Notes under the pieces: model-generated
The model's database searches: none
What the model was told of the DNA's origin: nothing
What the model saw: only the letters and a program-made list of their open reading frames with translations
Source: Candidatus Spongiisociaceae bacterium
GTDB taxonomy: Bacteria; Actinomycetota; Acidimicrobiia; Spongiisociales; Spongiisociaceae
Assembly (NCBI GenBank): GCA_965202665.1
Contig: OZ241841.1
Coordinates: 896,001 to 960,000, forward strand
Direction: 5' to 3'
Length of the DNA: 64,000 nt
Position numbers and translations under genes: made by a program
Shown: piece by piece, positions 48,901 to 58,921 of the stretch
Layout: the number at the start of each line of letters is the position of its first letter
Position numbering within the stretch: position 1 is the stretch's first letter

Positions 48901-48940
48901 GGGGCCGGAGCGGCCCGCCCGCCGATCCGGGAGAAGAAAC

Positions 48941-50512
48941 ATGGCCCACCCCCAACTGGAAATTTACGACACCACCTTGCGCGACGGATCGCAACAGGAG
49001 GGTATTTCCCTGACCGTTTCCGACAAGCTGCGGGTGGCGGCCCTGCTCGATGACTTGGGGGTGGGATACGTGGAGGGCGGATGGCCCGGCTCCAACCCCA
49101 AGGACAGCGAGTTCTTCAAACGGGCCCGCTCGGAACTGAACCTGCGCCGGGCGGTTCTCACCGCCTTCGGCTCCACCCGCCGCCCCCGGGGCGACGTCAA
49201 CGGCGATCCGCAACTGCTGGCCCTGTTGGAGGCCGAAACCCCGGTCATCTGCCTGGTGGGGAAAGCCTGGGATTACCATGTGCGGGAGGCCCTGCGCACC
49301 GACTTGGACGATGGGGCGGCCATGGTGGGCGAATCCGTTGAATACCTGCGGCAACATGACCGGGAAGTGTTTTTCGACGCCGAACATTTCTTCGACGGAT
49401 ACGCGGCCAACCCCGACTTTTCGCTGGCCGTGCTGCGGGCCGCCCACCAAGCGGGGGCTTCCCGTTTGGTGCTGTGCGACACCAACGGCGGGCGCCTCCC
49501 CCGGGAAATCGGGGAGGCGGTGGAACGGGTGCAGGCCGAACTGCCCCAGGCCGAGTTGGGAGTCCATTTCCACAACGACGCCGGATGCGCGGTGGCTTCC
49601 TCTTTGCTGGCGGTGGAGCGGGGGGTGCGACAGGTGCAAGGCTGCGTCAACGGCTACGGGGAGCGCACCGGCAACACCAACCTGTCCACCCTCATCCCCG
49701 ACTTGGTGCTGAAAATGGGCATCCCGGCGCTGGACGAAGACCGCTTGGAGCAAATTTCCCCCATCTCCCACCACATCGCCGAAATCGTCAACATCAGCCT
49801 GGACCCGCACCGGCCCTACGTGGGGGCCTCCGCCTTCACCCACAAGGCCGGCCTGCACACTTCGGCCCTGGCCCGGCGGTCGGACGCCTACGAACACCAG
49901 AACCCGTCCGCGGTCGGCAACCGCACCCGCATGGTGGTGTCGGAACTGTCCGGACGGGCCACCATCGTCAACAAGGCGAAGTCCCTGGGAATCGAGGTGA
50001 CCGACGAGCAGATCGGGGCGGTGCTGGATGAAATCAAGCACATGGAATACCGGGGCTATCACTTTGAGGCGGCCGACGGGTCATTCGAGTTGCTGTTGCG
50101 GCGCTCCACCGGCTGGGAGCAGGATTTTTTCAGCCTGGAATCCTTCCGGGTGTTCACCGAACGGCGATCCAACGAGGAGATAGTGGCCGAAGCCACGGTG
50201 AAACTGGTGGTGCAAGGCGAGCGGATCGTCACCTTGGGGGAGGGCAACGGGCCGGTCAACGCCTTGGACCACGCCCTGCGCCGGGGTTTGGCGGCCTGCT
50301 ACCCGACGGTGGGGGAGTTGCGTTTGACCAACTATCTGGTGCGGGTGCTGGACTCCACCGAATCCACCGGCGCCACCGTGCGGGTCTTCATAGAGATGAC
50401 CAACGGAACGGACACCTGGGGTTCCATCGGGGTGCATCCCAACCTGATCGAAGCCTCCTGGCAGGCGCTGGTGGACGGGATCGTGGTGGGTTTGATAAAG
50501 GAGGGGCGGTGA
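48941..50512 (+). CDS. cimA: Citramalate synthase
   Basis: YDTTLRDGSQ, EGGWPGSNPKD, DAEHFFDG, HKAGLH and GNGPVNALD. Confidence 0.92.
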   Translation: MAHPQLEIYDTTLRDGSQQEGISLTVSDKLRVAALLDDLGVGYVEGGWPGSNPKDSEFFKRARSELNLRRAVLTAFGSTRRPRGDVNGDPQLLALLEAETPVICLVGKAWDYHVREALRTDLDDGAAMVGESVEYLRQHDREVFFDAEHFFDGYAANPDFSLAVLRAAHQAGASRLVLCDTNGGRLPREIGEAVERVQAELPQAELGVHFHNDAGCAVASSLLAVERGVRQVQGCVNGYGERTGNTNLSTLIPDLVLKMGIPALDEDRLEQISPISHHIAEIVNISLDPHRPYVGASAFTHKAGLHTSALARRSDAYEHQNPSAVGNRTRMVVSELSGRATIVNKAKSLGIEVTDEQIGAVLDEIKHMEYRGYHFEAADGSFELLLRRSTGWEQDFFSLESFRVFTERRSNEEIVAEATVKLVVQGERIVTLGEGNGPVNALDHALRRGLAACYPTVGELRLTNYLVRVLDSTESTGATVRVFIEMTNGTDTWGSIGVHPNLIEASWQALVDGIVVGLIKEGR

Positions 50513-51381
50513 ACGGCCGAACGGAGGATGAGGCGGGGGCGGGGCGGCCGGGCGGGGAGCCTCCCCCGGCGGGGGAAAGCCTGGTGGAGGAGGCGGCGGA
50601 GCTGGCCCGGCGGGCGGGGGCTCTCACCTTGAACTGGTTCCGAAAGACGGCGTTGCGGGTGGAGTCCAAAACGGACGGGTCGCCGGTGACGGAAGCCGAC
50701 CGGGAGGCGGAACTTTTCCTGCGGGCGCAACTGGCCGAACGTTTCCCGGAGGACGGCGTCGTGGGGGAGGAACACGGGACCAGCGCCGGACGCAGCGGGA
50801 GAACCTGGTACATCGACCCGATCGACGGCACCGAATCCTTCATCCGCCGCATCCCCCTCTATTCCACCCTGCTGGCCATGCGGGACGAACGCGGGATGGC
50901 GGTGGGGGTCATCAACCTGCCCGCCCTGGGGCGCACCGTGGCGGCCGGGCGGGGCCAAGGGTGCTTCCTGGACGGGGCCCGCACCCGGGTCAGCGACCGG
51001 ACCGGGTTGGAGGGGGCGCTGCTCACCACCACCGGGTTCGACCTGCTGCAGGGGGAGGCGGCGGAACGCCTGCGTCGCAGCCCCATGAAAATAAGGGGAT
51101 GGGGGGACGGCTACGGGTATGCGCTGGTGGCCGCCGGGATGGCGGAGGCGATGTACGATCCGATCGCCGCCCCCTGGGATCTGGCCCCCATGGAGGTGAT
51201 CATCCCGGAAGCGGGGGGTGTTTTCACCGACCGCAACGGGGTTTCCGATTTCCGGGCGGGAAGCGGGCTGGCCGCCAACGGGATATTGCATCCGCAGATC
51301 CTGAATCTGGTGTCCAAACGCCCGGGGGACCCAGACGGAAACGGAGCGGATGATCCGGGGAGGGGTTCCCCGGGTCAGTAG
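50509..51381 (+). CDS. Inositol monophosphatase family protein (HisN-like histidinol-phosphatase)
   Basis: VTEADR, GEEHG, IDPIDGT and PWDLAP. Confidence 0.85.
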   Translation: MNGRTEDEAGAGRPGGEPPPAGESLVEEAAELARRAGALTLNWFRKTALRVESKTDGSPVTEADREAELFLRAQLAERFPEDGVVGEEHGTSAGRSGRTWYIDPIDGTESFIRRIPLYSTLLAMRDERGMAVGVINLPALGRTVAAGRGQGCFLDGARTRVSDRTGLEGALLTTTGFDLLQGEAAERLRRSPMKIRGWGDGYGYALVAAGMAEAMYDPIAAPWDLAPMEVIIPEAGGVFTDRNGVSDFRAGSGLAANGILHPQILNLVSKRPGDPDGNGADDPGRGSPGQ

Positions 51382-51908
51382 CCGCCCAGGCCGGCCAGTC
51401 GGCGAACCAGGCGGGCGGTGGCCCCCCACAGGGTCTCCCCGTCCAAGTCGAAGAAAAAAACCCGCCGTCCCCCCCAGTCTTCGCTCCGCCAGCGTGCCGC
51501 GTCCCGGAAAATGTCCAGCTGGGGGGTGAACACCGCCTCCACCTCCCCCGGGTCGGGGATGAGAACCGGGCGGGCGGACAGGCGGCCCACCACCGGAGTC
51601 ACCATCCGGGGGTAGGTGACGGTGTGGATATCGGGCAGGTATCCCAACGTCTCCACCTGCTCCGGCTCCAACCCCACTTCCTCCCCGGCTTCCCGCAGGG
51701 CGGTGCGCAACGGGGTTTCCCCCGGTTGCGGCTTGCCGCCGGGGAAAGCCAGATCCCCGGCGTGGGTGGGCATGTGGCCGGGCCGTTTGATGAGCACCAG
51801 GCGGGGGCCGTCCCGGTCGGGAAACAGGCAGGCCAGCACCGCCGCCCGCGGTTCCGGGCCCGCCGGTTGGGGAGCGTCCAGCAACGGGGGGAGGTTCCAT
51901 TCGTCCAT
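51375..51908 (-). CDS. Nudix hydrolase, CoA-pyrophosphatase type
   Basis: HAGDLAFPGG...ALREAGEEVGL and LWGATA. Confidence 0.9.
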   Translation of the reverse strand: MDEWNLPPLLDAPQPAGPEPRAAVLACLFPDRDGPRLVLIKRPGHMPTHAGDLAFPGGKPQPGETPLRTALREAGEEVGLEPEQVETLGYLPDIHTVTYPRMVTPVVGRLSARPVLIPDPGEVEAVFTPQLDIFRDAARWRSEDWGGRRVFFFDLDGETLWGATARLVRRLAGLGGY

Positions 51909-51975
51909 CGGCTCATCGTAACCGGGCGGGGAACGCGCCGCCGCGCCCCGCCCGGCCCGGCTCCGCCCTCTAATC

Positions 51976-52614
51976 TTGACCCCGTATGCAAAGAAGTCGG
52001 CGATCCTGAACCATAGGCAAACCGGCGAACCGTTGCCCCACGCCGAAATCAGGGCCGGGGAGTTCATCCTGCGGCCCTTCCGGCGGCGGGACACCGCCTC
52101 CCTGCATCGGGCGGTGCTGGCTTCGCACGATGAACTGGCCGAGTTTCTGCCGTGGGCGAACACCCGCTACACCCGGGCCTCCGCCGCCGGGTTCGTCAGG
52201 GAAAGCATCCGCTCGTGGCGGGAGGCCAAAGCCTACGACTTCGCCGTTCACCGCCCGGAACAGCCCGACTACCACATCGGCAATGTCAGCATCTGGCATG
52301 TTTCCCGGGGATACCGCAGCGGGGAAATAGGTTATTGGATACGCACCGGGGAAACCGGCCGGGGGGCGGCCACCGAGGCGGCGGGGGCCATGTTGCGGGT
52401 CGGGTTCGAGCGGCTGGGGATGCATCGCATCGTGGTGCGCATCGCCGCCGGTAATTTGGCCAGCGAACAGGTGGCCCGCAAACTGGGCTTCACCTGGGAG
52501 GGACTGTTGCGGGAGGAAGTCAAAATCGGCGGCCGGTGGGTGGATCATTCCATATGGGGCATCCTGAAACGCGAATACGGGGGCGGATCGCACCCCAGCC
52601 GCCCCGTCTGCTGA
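51976..52614 (+). CDS. GNAT acetyltransferase, RimJ/RimL family
   Basis: EIGYWI...GRGAATEA and NLASEQVARKLGF. Confidence 0.88.
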   Translation: MTPYAKKSAILNHRQTGEPLPHAEIRAGEFILRPFRRRDTASLHRAVLASHDELAEFLPWANTRYTRASAAGFVRESIRSWREAKAYDFAVHRPEQPDYHIGNVSIWHVSRGYRSGEIGYWIRTGETGRGAATEAAGAMLRVGFERLGMHRIVVRIAAGNLASEQVARKLGFTWEGLLREEVKIGGRWVDHSIWGILKREYGGGSHPSRPVC

Positions 52615-52639
52615 ACCAACCCCGGTTGCGGCGGGGGGA

Positions 52640-53644
52640 TTAGGAGTCTTCGCGGGCTTGGGATTGACGGCGGGTGATTTCGGCGGTGATGGCGGGAATC
52701 ACCTCGTGCAGGTCGGCTATCACCGCCCAGTCGGCTTTGGTCACCATCGGGGCCTCCCGGTCCAGGTTGACGGCCAGCACGTTTTGGGAGTTCATCATCC
52801 CCACCCAATGCTGGATGGCCCCGGAAATCCCGCACGCGATGTACAGGTCGGGGGCCACCACCGTCCCCGTCTGCCCCACCTGGAACTTGTGGTTGCGCCA
52901 TCCGTTGTTGGTCACCACCCGCGAGCACCCCACCGCTCCCCCCAACATTTCCGCCAACTCCTCCAAAGCGGCGAAACCTTCCGGGCTTCCCACTCCCCGG
53001 CCGCCGCTCACCACCACCGGGGCGGTGGCCAAAGTGATCCCCTCTTGCGCCGCAACCCGCTCCCGCACCATCGTCACCGCCTCCCCGGCCGGCAACTCCG
53101 GTTCGAACGTCCTCTTCTCCCCCGCCGCCGGGGAATCCAAAACCTCCGGTTCGGTTGCGTGCGGGGCCAGGGTGGCCAGTTTCATATCCGCCGACAGCCG
53201 GGCCCGCTCATGCAGGCTGCCCCCCCACCGCACCCGGGTCAGCAACCAGTCCTCCCCCCCGTCCGCCGCCGTTTCTATCTCCAAGCAGTTGGCCGCCATC
53301 GCCAGGCCGGAGCGGGCCCCCACCCCGGCCATGACCTCGTTGCCCCGGTCGGTGCCCACCGCCAGCACCGCCGCCGCCTCCGCGGAGCGGGCCAAGCGCC
53401 ACAGGCTTTCCGCCCAAGCGTCCGGGCCGTAGTCGGTCAGCAACGCATCCCGCACCGCGTAAACCGCCGCCGCCCCGTACGCCCCCAGCGAACCGGCCAA
53501 GCCCTCCGCCTCCTCCCCGATCAGGACCGCATGCAACTCCGCCCCGGCCGACTCCGCCAAACGGCGGGCGTAAGTCAACCCGCCCCAAACGGTTTCCTCC
53601 ATCGCCCCCCGGTCGTGCTCCGCCAGAAACAGGAAGGGGCTCAT
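52640..53644 (-). CDS. etfA: Electron transfer flavoprotein alpha subunit
   Basis: VVSGGRG, QVGQTG and GISGAIQH. Confidence 0.93.
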   Translation of the reverse strand: MSPFLFLAEHDRGAMEETVWGGLTYARRLAESAGAELHAVLIGEEAEGLAGSLGAYGAAAVYAVRDALLTDYGPDAWAESLWRLARSAEAAAVLAVGTDRGNEVMAGVGARSGLAMAANCLEIETAADGGEDWLLTRVRWGGSLHERARLSADMKLATLAPHATEPEVLDSPAAGEKRTFEPELPAGEAVTMVRERVAAQEGITLATAPVVVSGGRGVGSPEGFAALEELAEMLGGAVGCSRVVTNNGWRNHKFQVGQTGTVVAPDLYIACGISGAIQHWVGMMNSQNVLAVNLDREAPMVTKADWAVIADLHEVIPAITAEITRRQSQAREDS

Positions 53645-54408
53645 AGCAACCCCAACTCCTCCAAGATGTCCACCACCGCCGGGGCCGCCTCCGGCCCCTC
53701 CCCCAAAATGGACACTTGCCCGCCCGTAGCGGGCGGGGTCTCCAGCTCCAACATGGACAGGCCGGAGCCCGCCGGGGAAACCTCTTTGACCGTCACCTGC
53801 GCCTTGCGGGCCGCCATCCGGCCTTTCAAAGTCGGGTAGCGGGGCAGGTTGATGCCCTCTTTCACCGCCGCCGCCGCCGGCAGGGGCAAGCGGTACACCT
53901 CCCATCCGGAGGCGGTCTCCCGACGGGCGGTAACCTCCCCGTCGGCGACCTCCAAACTTTTGACGCCGCTCACCATCGGCCTCCCCAGCATGCGGGCCAC
54001 CCGGATTCCCACCTGGTAGCCCCCCGAATCGGCTGACTCGTTGCCGAACAGGATCAGGTCGAAGGGGTCCCCCGCCTCCGACTCCATCCCGCTGATGGCG
54101 CAAGCCAAAGTTCCGGCGGTGGAAACCGCATCCCAGTCCGCCTCCCCGGTTTGCAAGAGCGCCGCCTCCGACGCCCCCACCGCCGCCGCCGACCGCAACT
54201 GCTCCTCCGCCTCCGCCGGCCCCAACGTAATCACCGCCGCCGAACCCCCTTCCCGTTCCGCGATCCGCACCGCCTCCTCCACCGCGCATTCCTCGTGCGG
54301 GCTGACCGTGAATCCCAGCAAAGCGGCGTCAATGTCCCGCCGGTCGGAGGTGAGCACGATGCGCGCCCCCGGGGCCGGAACCCGTTTCACGCAAGCCAAA
54401 ACGCGCAT
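53641..54408 (-). CDS. etfB: Electron transfer flavoprotein beta subunit
   Basis: ACVKRVP, GNESADSGGYQVG and INLPRYPT. Confidence 0.92.
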   Translation of the reverse strand: MRVLACVKRVPAPGARIVLTSDRRDIDAALLGFTVSPHEECAVEEAVRIAEREGGSAAVITLGPAEAEEQLRSAAAVGASEAALLQTGEADWDAVSTAGTLACAISGMESEAGDPFDLILFGNESADSGGYQVGIRVARMLGRPMVSGVKSLEVADGEVTARRETASGWEVYRLPLPAAAAVKEGINLPRYPTLKGRMAARKAQVTVKEVSPAGSGLSMLELETPPATGGQVSILGEGPEAAPAVVDILEELGLL

Positions 54409-54462
54409 CGCCGCTTCAGATCCTCCCCGTCGCGACCGAACCGCCGCCCGCCCGGCCGCTGG

Positions 54463-57003
54463 TCAACATTTCATCCGGGAGTCGTCGGGGTCGAACAGGG
54501 GCCGGGAGCCGACCCGGGCCACCCGCACCGGGAACAGTTCATTTTGGTACATTATCCGCAACTCCCGCCCCTCTTCGGCCATGCCGGCGGGCAGGTAACC
54601 GAGCAACAGGTAGGAGTCCAAAGACGGCCCCGCCCCGGCGCTGGTCACCCGCGAAACCCGGCCTTTGCCGTCCACGATGCGCTCCCCCTCCAAGGTGAGA
54701 ATGGGCTCGTTGCCGCCCGTCGGGAAACGGGCCTCCGCCTCCCCCGAGCCGGACCCGGAGCCCGCAACCGGCAGATGGCTTTCCATGGTCAGCGTGCAAC
54801 ATACCGCCGCCGGGCCCTCCTCCCGGGCCGCCAGATAGGCTTTTTTGCCGATGAAATCGGCCGCCTTCACTTTGGGGCGGGCCAACCCGGCCTCCACCGG
54901 GTCGTACTCCGACTCCAACTCGGCCCCCATCAGCCGGTAGCCTTTCTCCAACCGGCCGGTGGTCCCGTACACCCCGGCCCCCACCGCCGTCACCCCCAAA
55001 TCCCGCCCGGCCTCCCACAAGGTCTCCCACAGAAGCGGCCCATGTTCCATATCCGCGTAAATCTCCCACCCCAAATCCCCCACGTAGGAGATGCGGAACA
55101 TCACCGCCGGAACCGACCCGATGGTCACCCGCCGCCAAGTCCCGTACGGAAAACCCTCATGGGAAATGTCATCCCCCCGGCCCGTCGTTTTGCCCACCAA
55201 CCGCCGGGCGTTGGGCCCCCACACCCCGATGGTGGTGAGAGCGGAGGTGGAATCGGTGAAAGTCACCGACCCGTCGTCCGGCGCCCATTTGCGGAACCAG
55301 TAGGCGTCCCGCCCCCCGTCGAACCCGCCGGTTACCACCCGGTAATGGCGCTCCCCCATGCGCAGGATGGTCAAATCGGACCGGAACCCCCCCTCTTCGG
55401 TCAGCAACGGGGTGTAAACGCCGCTCCCCGGCGGACGGTCCATCTGATTGACCGCCAACCGCTGCACGTAATCGACCGCGCCCGGCCCGGTTATGTCGAA
55501 GATGGCGAAGGCGGTCAGGTCCACCATCCCCGCCCCTTCCCGCAGGGCCAGATGCTCGGCGTTCTGAATGGGCGACCACCAGCGGGAATCCCATTCATGG
55601 GGACGTTGCGGGATGCGCTCCCGATACTTGTCAACCAGATGGGCGTTGGACTCGTACCAATGGGGCCGCTCCCAACCCCCCGCCTCGAAATAGACCGCTC
55701 CCAAAGAGGAGGTGAGGTCGTGCAAGGAGCTGACCCGGCTCCGGCGGCGCGTCTCCCATTGCTCCCGGGGATGGACGATGCCGTAGGTTTTGTTGAAATG
55801 CTCGGCGCACCGGGCCAGGATGTGCGGTTCGGTTTTCATGTACGGATAGAAGCGGGCGATGTCGGAGGCGTGCGGGTCCGTCTCCGGGTAGCCCTGCGTC
55901 ATCCACTCCGCCAAGGCCCGGCCCGTGCCCGGACCCTCCTTGATCCAGATGGCGGCGCACGACCACAGGTTGCGCACCTCCGGGCATTCCCCCACCAGCG
56001 GCATGGCGTCCGGGGTGAGGGACAGCAACCCGTTGATCCCGTATTTGATTTCGGCGTCCCCCAGAAACGGCATCAGTTCCACCGCCTGCTCCAACTGCGG
56101 ATCGAAGTCGTCCATGGTCAGGGGCAGTTCGGTGGGCGACAGGCGGGCCTCGTCGATGGACGGGATGGCGTCCGGGTGGTGGAATATGGGACGGTGGGCG
56201 TAGGAGCCCACTTCCATGGAGCCGCCGGTCTGCCGCTCGTAGCAGAAAGTGTCCATATCCCGCACGATGGGGTAGCCGATCTCGCTGTTGGTGGCCTGCA
56301 GGACGTCCAGCGGGCCCACGTCGATCATCTGATGCACGGCCGGGGTGAGCGGGATGGAAGCCCCGGCCATGGCCGCGATGCGGGGCGACCACACCCCGCA
56401 AGCCACCACCACATGCTCGCAGGCCGTCCGCCCCCGGTCGGTGACCACCGCCGCTACCCGCCCGCCGGAAACTTCAATGTCCGTCACTTCGGTCAGCGGA
56501 TGCACCGACAGCGCCCCCCGTTCCAAGGCGTATTCCCGCATCAGCGTGCCCGCCCGCAACGAATCCACCACCGACGCGCTGGGCGTGAACCAACCGCCGA
56601 TGATCACCTCCGGGTCCAAGAAGGGCACCAGCTCCGCCACCTCCGCCGGAGTGAGCAACCAGCTGTCGATGCCCCACGTTTTGGCCGAAGTCATGCGCCG
56701 GTTCAACTCGTGCATACGGGCCTCGGTGCGGGCCACTTCGATCCCCCCCGAGGTGACGCTCACCTCCATCTCCTCGTACTGGCGCTGGCTGTCCAAGGTG
56801 AGATGGGCCATTTCTTTGTTGTGATCCACCGGGTAAATGAAGTTGGAGGCGTGGCCGGTGGAACCTCCCGGATTGGGCAACGGCCCCTTGTCCACCTGCA
56901 CGATGTCGCGCCATCCCATGGCGGCTAAGTGCTTCACCACCGAGTTGCCGACTATGCCGGCGCCGATCACCACTACCTGCGCGCTGGTGGGGAGGTCGCT
57001 CAC
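54463..57003 (-). CDS. Dimethylglycine/sarcosine dehydrogenase-like FAD oxidoreductase with a GcvT folate-binding domain
   Basis: IGAGIVG, GGSTGHAS, TPDAMP, GGWERP, ISYVGDLGWE and RLEKGY. Confidence 0.9.
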   Translation of the reverse strand: MSDLPTSAQVVVIGAGIVGNSVVKHLAAMGWRDIVQVDKGPLPNPGGSTGHASNFIYPVDHNKEMAHLTLDSQRQYEEMEVSVTSGGIEVARTEARMHELNRRMTSAKTWGIDSWLLTPAEVAELVPFLDPEVIIGGWFTPSASVVDSLRAGTLMREYALERGALSVHPLTEVTDIEVSGGRVAAVVTDRGRTACEHVVVACGVWSPRIAAMAGASIPLTPAVHQMIDVGPLDVLQATNSEIGYPIVRDMDTFCYERQTGGSMEVGSYAHRPIFHHPDAIPSIDEARLSPTELPLTMDDFDPQLEQAVELMPFLGDAEIKYGINGLLSLTPDAMPLVGECPEVRNLWSCAAIWIKEGPGTGRALAEWMTQGYPETDPHASDIARFYPYMKTEPHILARCAEHFNKTYGIVHPREQWETRRRSRVSSLHDLTSSLGAVYFEAGGWERPHWYESNAHLVDKYRERIPQRPHEWDSRWWSPIQNAEHLALREGAGMVDLTAFAIFDITGPGAVDYVQRLAVNQMDRPPGSGVYTPLLTEEGGFRSDLTILRMGERHYRVVTGGFDGGRDAYWFRKWAPDDGSVTFTDSTSALTTIGVWGPNARRLVGKTTGRGDDISHEGFPYGTWRRVTIGSVPAVMFRISYVGDLGWEIYADMEHGPLLWETLWEAGRDLGVTAVGAGVYGTTGRLEKGYRLMGAELESEYDPVEAGLARPKVKAADFIGKKAYLAAREEGPAAVCCTLTMESHLPVAGSGSGSGEAEARFPTGGNEPILTLEGERIVDGKGRVSRVTSAGAGPSLDSYLLLGYLPAGMAEEGRELRIMYQNELFPVRVARVGSRPLFDPDDSRMKC

Positions 57004-57112
57004 TGCTGCTCCTTCCTGCGGTTGACGCTACCGGACCGCCGCCCGGCGGACTTTGCCCAATCTCCGTTTTGCGCGGAAACCTTTGCCATGAGCCGCCGCC
57101 GGCGCTATTCTA

Positions 57113-57145
57113 TACCACGATGCGGTACAGTTCCGCATTGTGGAA
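57113..57145. promoter_or_regulatory. Twin 15-bp palindromic operators in the divergent promoter (IclR-like)
   Basis: TACCACGATGCGGTA and TTCCGCATTGTGGAA separated by 3 bp. Confidence 0.55.
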
Positions 57146-57196
57146 CACATTCGGCCGACCGACGACGGATAGCCGGGCAACGCAGGCGGGGATGAA

Positions 57197-57898
57197 ATGA
57201 CCGAACAGGAACTGGATCTTCGCACCCTCGGCGACGAGGATCTGGTGCCCCAAATGCACGACGACCTGTACGACGGGTTGGCGGAGGAAATCGACCTGGG
57301 CGTGCGCATCCTCCTGGAACGGGGATGGGACGCCTCCCGGGTGCTCAACGAAGCCCTGGTGGAGGGGATGCGCATCGTGGGGATTGATTTCCGGGACGGC
57401 ATACTGTTCGTGCCGGAAGTGTTGCTGGCGGCCAACGCCATGAAAGCGGGAATGACGGTGTTGCGGCCTTTGCTGGCTGAAACCGGGGCGGAAACCATCG
57501 GCAAGGTGGTGATCGGTACCGTCAAAGGGGACATACACGACATAGGCAAAAACCTGGTGGCGATGATGCTGGAGGGGGCCGGGTTCGAAGTAATCGACCT
57601 GGGGATCAACACCGATGTGGAAGAGTTCTTGGAGGCCCTGGCCGAACACCAACCGGACATCCTGGGAATGTCGGCGTTGCTCACCACCACCATGCCCTAT
57701 ATGAAAGTGGTGATCGACACCCTGGTGGAGCGGGAGCAGCGCGGCGACCATATCGTGATGGTGGGGGGAGCCCCGCTCAACGAAGAGTTCGGGACGGCCA
57801 TCGGCGCCGACGCTTACTGCCGGGACGCGGCGGTGGCCGCCGAGACCGCCAAAAGCCTGGTGGAAAAACGCCGCATCCTGGCCAGCGAACATGTCTGA
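57197..57898 (+). CDS. Corrinoid (B12-binding) protein
   Basis: FVPEVLLAA, GDIHDIGKNLV, SALLTTTM and VGGAP. Confidence 0.93.
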   Translation: MTEQELDLRTLGDEDLVPQMHDDLYDGLAEEIDLGVRILLERGWDASRVLNEALVEGMRIVGIDFRDGILFVPEVLLAANAMKAGMTVLRPLLAETGAETIGKVVIGTVKGDIHDIGKNLVAMMLEGAGFEVIDLGINTDVEEFLEALAEHQPDILGMSALLTTTMPYMKVVIDTLVEREQRGDHIVMVGGAPLNEEFGTAIGADAYCRDAAVAAETAKSLVEKRRILASEHV

Positions 57899-58520
57899 GG
57901 CCCCCGCCGCCGAACCCGGAAAGGTCTTGGCGATCGCCTGCGGGGCTCTGGCCGGGGAAATCCGGCGCTTGGTGAAACTCAACGGCTGGGACCATGTGGA
58001 CTTGGAGTGCCTGCCCGCCCGCCTGCACAACGAACCCGGCAAGATCACCCCGGCCGTGGAACGGCTGCTGGAGGAAAAAGCCCTCCGCTATGAACGGGTT
58101 TTGATCGGATACGCCGACTGCGGCACCGGCGGCCGCTTGGATTCCCTGTTGGAAAAATGGCCGCAGGCGCGACGGTTGCCCGGGGCCCACTGCTACGAGT
58201 TCTACGCCACCTCCCCGCTGTTCGCCGAACTGCACCAAGCCGAACCGGGCTCCTTCTACCTGACTGACTTTTTGGCCGCTCATTTCGACCGGCTGGTATG
58301 GGAGTTCCTGGGACTGGACCGCCACCCGCAACTGCGGGACGACTACTTCGGCAACTACCGCCGCCTGGTTTACCTGTCGCAAAACGAGGATCGCCGGCTG
58401 CTGGACTCCGCCCGCCGCGCCGCCGACCGGTTGGGATTGGAATTCCGGCATATTCCCACCGGAATGGGCGATTTGGCCTCCGCCTTACGCGACGTCGCCC
58501 AGCTGGCCCGGGCCGGATGA
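57891..58520 (+). CDS. DUF1638-family protein
   Basis: IACGALA, LHNEP, YADCGTGG, HCYEFY and FYLTDFL. Confidence 0.85.
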   Translation: MSEAPAAEPGKVLAIACGALAGEIRRLVKLNGWDHVDLECLPARLHNEPGKITPAVERLLEEKALRYERVLIGYADCGTGGRLDSLLEKWPQARRLPGAHCYEFYATSPLFAELHQAEPGSFYLTDFLAAHFDRLVWEFLGLDRHPQLRDDYFGNYRRLVYLSQNEDRRLLDSARRAADRLGLEFRHIPTGMGDLASALRDVAQLARAG

Positions 58521-58921
58521 CCGTCGCCCGCACCCGCCCCGGCCGCAACCGGCGGGCCGTCGACGAGACAACGGTCATCTTCTGGCGGGACATTCCAGCC
58601 CAGGTCACCGTCCGCTACCGGGGCAAGACGGCGGCCGTGGAGCTGCCCGTCCGCTTCCGCACCGCCATCGACCAAGCGGCTATGAACGCGGGCAAAAAAA
58701 CCTACGACGAGTACATCGGCGAATGGCTCCGCCGCTCCTCTCCCATAGACCGGCCCGCCGCCGGGGGACCGGAGGACGATGACCCGGCGGCGACCGCCCA
58801 AGCTTTGGCCGAGGCGGAGGCGGAACGGCTGCAAGCCGACTACCCGGGACCGCGGATGGTGCGCTTGGTGCGCAACGGAGGGTACGAACCGGACGGGGAA
58901 AACGGGGAGGGGGGGCGATGA
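58517..58921 (+). CDS. 'Virulence factor' domain protein associated with B12 methyl transfer
   Basis: FWRDIPAQV...RFRTAIDQAAM...YIGEW. Confidence 0.8.
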   Translation: MTVARTRPGRNRRAVDETTVIFWRDIPAQVTVRYRGKTAAVELPVRFRTAIDQAAMNAGKKTYDEYIGEWLRRSSPIDRPAAGGPEDDDPAATAQALAEAEAERLQADYPGPRMVRLVRNGGYEPDGENGEGGR

